Assembly: GCA_965227775.1 (NCBI GenBank)
Contig: OZ245777.1
Location: forward strand, 3,040,001-3,104,000
DNA: 64,000 nt
Reading direction: 5' to 3'
DNA from: Phycisphaerales bacterium
GTDB lineage: Bacteria; Planctomycetota; Phycisphaerae; Phycisphaerales; UBA1924
Part shown: in pieces, positions 59,677 through 64,000 of the stretch
How the letters are laid out: the number at the start of each line of letters is the position of its first letter
Numbering within the stretch: the first letter of the stretch is position 1
The notes under the pieces: model-generated
The model's database searches: none
Told to the model about the DNA's origin: nothing
Seen by the model: the letters and a program-made list of their open reading frames with translations, nothing else
Position numbers and translations under genes: made by a program

Positions 59677-59756
59677 GGATACTGAAAGTGTATTGCCCCC
59701 CCGCTCCGGCGTAACGGGCACGATGTAGAGCCACCCGGAATTTCTGGTTATGGGGG

Positions 59757-59797
59757 TTGACCTGGGCTGATTAATATGTTACCTTATAGTCACATAT
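59757..59797 (+). promoter_or_regulatory. Sigma70-type promoter overlapped by an ArsR-type operator
   Basis: TTGACC-N17-TACCTT; inverted repeat ATATGTTAC-N6-GTCACATAT at 59774-59797. Confidence 0.6.
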
Positions 59798-59849
59798 ATG
59801 CTACCAGCATCCGCGATCATCGAATCGCGCCAGGCCCAGGAGACCAACC

Positions 59850-60368
59850 ATGCCCGACGCCCCTTCATCCGCCCAGTCATTCACGCATGTCCGCGACGGC
59901 CTCCGAAACATGGAGTTCGCCCGTGCGCTGCTCCTCGAGATGGCCAAGGCCACGCCCGACGAGAAGTTCTACGAGGTACCGGCCGACGGCGGCAACCACG
60001 CGGCCTGGAACATGGGCCACGTCGCCGTCACCGACGACCTGATTCGTGCTTCGCTGGGCGGCGGCGATCATGTCCTGCCAACGGAGTGGCACGAGATGTT
60101 CAAGGGTGGCAGCACCTGCAAGCCGGGAGCCGAGGGGCACCCGACGCGCGACGAGTTGCTCGATGCGCTGGCCCGCTCCCGCGCGGCGGTCGTGTCGTGG
60201 CTCGGTGGACTCAACGAGAGCGAACTGAACGAGCCACTGACAGGCGGATTCGTCCAGTTCGCCGCCGATCGAGTCATGCTCATGGGTTCGATCGCGTCGC
60301 ACGAGGCGTTCCACGCGGGCCAGATGAGTGCGGCGCGCCGCGTGTTCGGCATGCCGCCATTGTTCTAG
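59850..60368 (+). CDS. DinB family protein
   Basis: NHAAWNMGHV...HEAFHAGQM three-His pattern. Confidence 0.88.
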   Translation: MPDAPSSAQSFTHVRDGLRNMEFARALLLEMAKATPDEKFYEVPADGGNHAAWNMGHVAVTDDLIRASLGGGDHVLPTEWHEMFKGGSTCKPGAEGHPTRDELLDALARSRAAVVSWLGGLNESELNEPLTGGFVQFAADRVMLMGSIASHEAFHAGQMSAARRVFGMPPLF

Positions 60369-60387
60369 GGACCACGGAGTGCCAGGC

Positions 60388-61215
60388 ATGGATGCTGCGA
60401 GCACGGCACCAGCCCCGATCGACGCCGACGGCGTGTGGAAGGCCCTGAGCGATCCAACGCGACGTGCCATCCTCGACCTGCTGCGTGCGGGCCGCGCTAC
60501 GACGGGCGACGTCGCCGGCGCCTTCCCATCGCTGAGCAGGTTCGCGGTGATGAAGCACCTGACGGTGCTCGAAGAAGCCGGGCTGGTCATCGCGCGCAAG
60601 GAGGGGCGTCGCAAGTTCAATTACCTCAACGCGGTGCCCCTGCGCAGGGTGTACGAGCGTTGGGTTAGCAAGTATCAGGATCGATGGGCGGGCTCGCTCA
60701 TTGGCCTGCAGCAACTCGCCCATCGCGAGCAGCAACGCACGGGGGAATCGAAGATGACGACGCAGACCATCAACATGTCCGCAACGGTCGTACAAACCGA
60801 GATCACGATCGATGCCTCACCAGAACAGGTGTACGACCTGTTCTTCGAGCGACCAAACGACTGGTTCTACGAGAGCGAGGAGAGCCGCAAGACGCAAACG
60901 ACCATCGCCGAGCGCAAGATCGGCGGGCACTTCTACCTGGAGACCAGGCGCCCCGACGGCCCGCCCGACCAGAACGTCATCGGCACGTTCACAATGCTCA
61001 AGCCAGGACGCAAGATCCGCATGCGAGGTGACTGCACCGTGCCCAACGCGTTCATCGCCAACATGACAATTGCCTTTGAGCCTGCCGGCAACGGCACGCG
61101 CGTCAGCGTTGAGCACCGCATGGCGGGCGAATACGACGACGATCTGCCAGCCGGCTTCGAGGAGGGCTGGCAAGACGGGCTTCAGAAGCTCAAGGCGTTG
61201 TGCGAGGGCAACTAG
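60388..61215 (+). CDS. ArsR/SmtB regulator fused to an SRPBCC (AHSA1-like) domain
   Basis: KALSDPTRRAILDLL...AVMKHLTVLEEAGLV, then EITIDASPEQVY...EEGWQDGLQKLK in one frame. Confidence 0.85.
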   Translation: MDAASTAPAPIDADGVWKALSDPTRRAILDLLRAGRATTGDVAGAFPSLSRFAVMKHLTVLEEAGLVIARKEGRRKFNYLNAVPLRRVYERWVSKYQDRWAGSLIGLQQLAHREQQRTGESKMTTQTINMSATVVQTEITIDASPEQVYDLFFERPNDWFYESEESRKTQTTIAERKIGGHFYLETRRPDGPPDQNVIGTFTMLKPGRKIRMRGDCTVPNAFIANMTIAFEPAGNGTRVSVEHRMAGEYDDDLPAGFEEGWQDGLQKLKALCEGN

Positions 61216-62952
61216 CTAACGCAACCGAACATGGAACAACTCGGGTGGAACCGAGGAATCCATGTTGGATACGGCCGGCAGCGTCCGAATGGTCGCTGGC
61301 TGGCCTTCTGCTTTGAGCGCGAGCCGATCAATGGGCAACACTCGCCCCTCTTCGTCGATGCGAAGCAGGAGCAACCGATCCCACTCGATCAGTTGCGGCG
61401 GCCACTGGCCCCCATCCCACGCGGGCCCATCGGACATTCCTACCGTCCAGCCCTCTTCTGAGATCTGCGACGCCGGCACACCAAACGCAATCGAGAAGCG
61501 GTTCTTCGCGAAGATGTCGTCTCTTCCGTAAGCGTGCCTGAGGACCGCGGTTGCGATGTGATCCATCTGCCATGCGCTCCAGAACCGCTTGTCGTAGTGC
61601 TGCCGACCCGTGTCGGCTTCTCGCCAGGCCGCTCGGGCAATCACGATGACCGCATCTTGGGGCGGACTTGGATACAGCTCAACGATGGCCGCGGCCTCAT
61701 CCATGTCCATCTGATAGCGCTCTCGGAGTGTGGACTGGATGCCCACGAGCGCCACAGACGCGAGCGTAGCCCACACGAGCGCGACGACCGCACACGTTCG
61801 GGCCGCGATAGAAGCCGCCATCGCCGGCAAGAGTCGACCCAGTCGCCTGGATGCCTCGAGCACGACGACGAGCAGACCCAATAGAGGGAGATACACGTGT
61901 CGAGCCTCGATCGGACCAGTCAAGATGATCACAAACGGGACAAGCCCGAGCACGAACCACGCAACGCCAAACACCATCAGCCAGACACTCGACGCGTGCT
62001 CATCGGCTTTGGTCGCGGGCCGCGTTCGCACCGCCCAGATGAGCCCGGCAACAAGCGCTACCACGATCGCGAAGATACCTAGACCGCCCAAGCTGGCAAC
62101 ACCGACCTCGAAGCCGCCAAGTGTCAGATCGCGTCCGTGGGGGCCGAACGTCTGGCTCCACGTGCCGTTCAACGCAGCCTCGGCTCGATCGGGCCATCCC
62201 CCAATGGGTGCGAATGAGGATGACCCACCCCGGTGATTCCCGGGCGCGGTGAAGGTAACGAGCGCGACGTAGGCAAATGCCGGCAAAGCCACGGCAGCGC
62301 CAACCGAGACCATCGTTCGGAGCCGATCCCGCAACGGCTTTGCGTTCGCCAACGGCAGGATCGCGATGGCCCCCAAACATGCGGCGGCCTGTTCGTTCAG
62401 GCAGCACGCCATGAAGGCCAATCCCGAGACTGCCGTCGTTCTCATGACGCCAGACCGGATCTGACCAGCCCCACTCACCACCATGGCAGCGATGATCGCA
62501 CAAAGGCCAGCCAGCGCCGTCGGCATCGCCGCTGGCCAGTGCATGACGTCAAACGCCATCGGCAGCGTCAAGAACACCATCGCCGCGAGACCAGCGCCAA
62601 GCAAGAACCCGAGAGACCGAAACCAACGCCAGACCAGAATCGTCAGGACGCCATGGGCCAACGCCGTAAGCAGGTTTGCGATCCACGGCGCATCCCAGGT
62701 CAGACTGACAAGATGTCGCACAAGCACGAGCGACATCGGCCGCCAGAAGAGCGGCATGCGCCAGAGATCCGCAACCGCAACCTGGCCAGTCGCGGGGTCA
62801 TTGACGGCCCACGTGTAGTCGTCCCGCGTCTTTCCGATGTCGCCGCCATAGATCGCGCCCGCGAGCATCCACAACGCAAGGCAGCAGATCAGGAGCGCAA
62901 GGCCCGATGTCGTCTTCTTGCTTCCGACACCCCCTGATGGCGTTTCTGGCAT
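61216..62952 (-). CDS. Multi-pass membrane protein, probable GT-C glycosyltransferase
   Basis: TM1 followed by a TRDDY acidic motif, FWRP, NEQ, RHVYLP; many TM helices plus a C-terminal soluble domain. Confidence 0.65.
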   Translation of the reverse strand: MPETPSGGVGSKKTTSGLALLICCLALWMLAGAIYGGDIGKTRDDYTWAVNDPATGQVAVADLWRMPLFWRPMSLVLVRHLVSLTWDAPWIANLLTALAHGVLTILVWRWFRSLGFLLGAGLAAMVFLTLPMAFDVMHWPAAMPTALAGLCAIIAAMVVSGAGQIRSGVMRTTAVSGLAFMACCLNEQAAACLGAIAILPLANAKPLRDRLRTMVSVGAAVALPAFAYVALVTFTAPGNHRGGSSSFAPIGGWPDRAEAALNGTWSQTFGPHGRDLTLGGFEVGVASLGGLGIFAIVVALVAGLIWAVRTRPATKADEHASSVWLMVFGVAWFVLGLVPFVIILTGPIEARHVYLPLLGLLVVVLEASRRLGRLLPAMAASIAARTCAVVALVWATLASVALVGIQSTLRERYQMDMDEAAAIVELYPSPPQDAVIVIARAAWREADTGRQHYDKRFWSAWQMDHIATAVLRHAYGRDDIFAKNRFSIAFGVPASQISEEGWTVGMSDGPAWDGGQWPPQLIEWDRLLLLRIDEEGRVLPIDRLALKAEGQPATIRTLPAVSNMDSSVPPELFHVRLR

Positions 62953-63042
62953 CGTCCGACTATACCGCCGGTATCACCGCGACGGAAAGACCATGGTTCG
63001 GACTCCCAGGAACATGGGAGCGAAATCAGGGATGAGGAGCTC

Positions 63043-63645
63043 GTGATGGGGCAAACAACGAAGTCGATAGCGGCAGTGGTTGGCTTAGCCGTAGGCTTGA
63101 CGGTGCTGGCAATGGGGCCAGCCGCCGAGCAACAGGGGCGAGCCATGGTCAATGACGAAGATCAGTCTAAATTCGTGATCGATGGCGCGCGGCACGCAAC
63201 GGACCAGACCATCCGCCAGATCGTGCAGGCACGGACTGTACCGGCAACGCCCGCGCAGTGCTGGCAGCGCTGGACGACCGGCGAGGGCGTAGGCACGTTC
63301 CTGAGCGAGGACAACGCGATCGACCTGCGTGTCGGCGGCGTGTTCGAGGTGCTCTTCGCGATGCAGTTGCCCGAAGGCCAGCGTGGCTCTGAAGATTGCA
63401 AGATCCTCAGCTTCGTACCCGAGCGCATGCTCAGCTTCGAATGGAACGCACCGCCCATGTTCCCAGAAGTTCGTGAGGAACGCAGCCGTGTGGTGGTCTT
63501 CTTCGAGCCTGTCGACGGTGGCACCCGCGTCGAATTGGTCCACCTTGGCTTTGGCCAGGGCGAGCAGTGGGACCAGGTCTACGAGTACTTCTCCAAGGCG
63601 TGGATGCGCGTCATGGATCGCTTCGCGGGCATCTCAGAGGCGTAA
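63043..63645 (+). CDS. Exported SRPBCC (AHSA1-like) domain protein
   Basis: Signal peptide; IDLRVGGVFE, PERMLSFEWNAPP, TRVELVH, YFSKAW. Confidence 0.85.
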   Translation: MMGQTTKSIAAVVGLAVGLTVLAMGPAAEQQGRAMVNDEDQSKFVIDGARHATDQTIRQIVQARTVPATPAQCWQRWTTGEGVGTFLSEDNAIDLRVGGVFEVLFAMQLPEGQRGSEDCKILSFVPERMLSFEWNAPPMFPEVREERSRVVVFFEPVDGGTRVELVHLGFGQGEQWDQVYEYFSKAWMRVMDRFAGISEA

Positions 63646-63648
63646 ACC

Positions 63649-64000
63649 TCAGGCGGCACACATGCTGCGGGCGGCGGGCTTGAGCGCGATCGCAACCGCG
63701 GTCAGGTCGTCCTGCTGGTGCAGCGAGCCCGCCTGGCAGTCAACGCGCTCGGCGAGCCTGCGGATGGCGCCATCGGTATCGGCATCATCTCTCGAACCAA
63801 CCCACGGGAGATTTGCAAACTCTGTGAGGTAGGCCTGCACGTCGAGCTTGCCGGCGGCCGACCCCTTGCTCGCTTCGTCCGCGTCGGGGAAGGCAGTCTC
63901 AAATCCATCGCTGTACAACAACAGCGTTTCCCCGGCCCGCAGCTTGAACGTCAGCTGTTCGTAGGGCTCGCCCTCGAATACGCCGAGCAGGGCGCCACCC
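63649..64000 (-). CDS. PP2C/SpoIIE-family phosphatase, C-terminal part (5' end off the window)
   Basis: GGALLGVF...GETLLLYSDGFE...QQDDLTAVAI. Confidence 0.8.
   Translation of the reverse strand, partial: GGALLGVFEGEPYEQLTFKLRAGETLLLYSDGFETAFPDADEASKGSAAGKLDVQAYLTEFANLPWVGSRDDADTDGAIRRLAERVDCQAGSLHQQDDLTAVAIALKPAARSMCAA

Overview
GC-rich bacterial chromosomal segment, most likely a planctomycete of the Phycisphaerae/Phycisphaerales type. This assignment is an inference from several C-terminal 'GC-type dockerin' proteins, a HYExAFE protein and DUF1559-like prepilin proteins. Bases ~2.9-18.9 kb hold the minus-strand S10-spc-alpha ribosomal protein cluster (rpsJ to rplQ; rpmD, adk, infA and rpsD are absent). 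The rest contains folE2, ruvB, tRNA-Gly(CCC), an anmK-murQ-SSS-nagZ peptidoglycan-recycling operon, smpB, dtd, coaX, serA/serC, four tandem pilin-like paralogs, a GspE/PilB ATPase, secreted dockerin-tailed proteins and several regulators. No mobile element or CRISPR array was seen. The most notable observations are: (1) ribosomal protein L22 carries an N-terminal XRE/Cro-like helix-turn-helix domain, alongside a ~50-aa insertion in L17; (2) S14 and L36 have lost their zinc ligands; (3) a ~280-nt structured spacer lies between rplC and rplD; (4) the pilin array shows a gene-conversion-like tract; (5) many genes have a TANNNT -10 box 4-6 nt before the start codon, suggesting leaderless mRNAs. 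All calls come from reading the sequence by eye; no searches were run.
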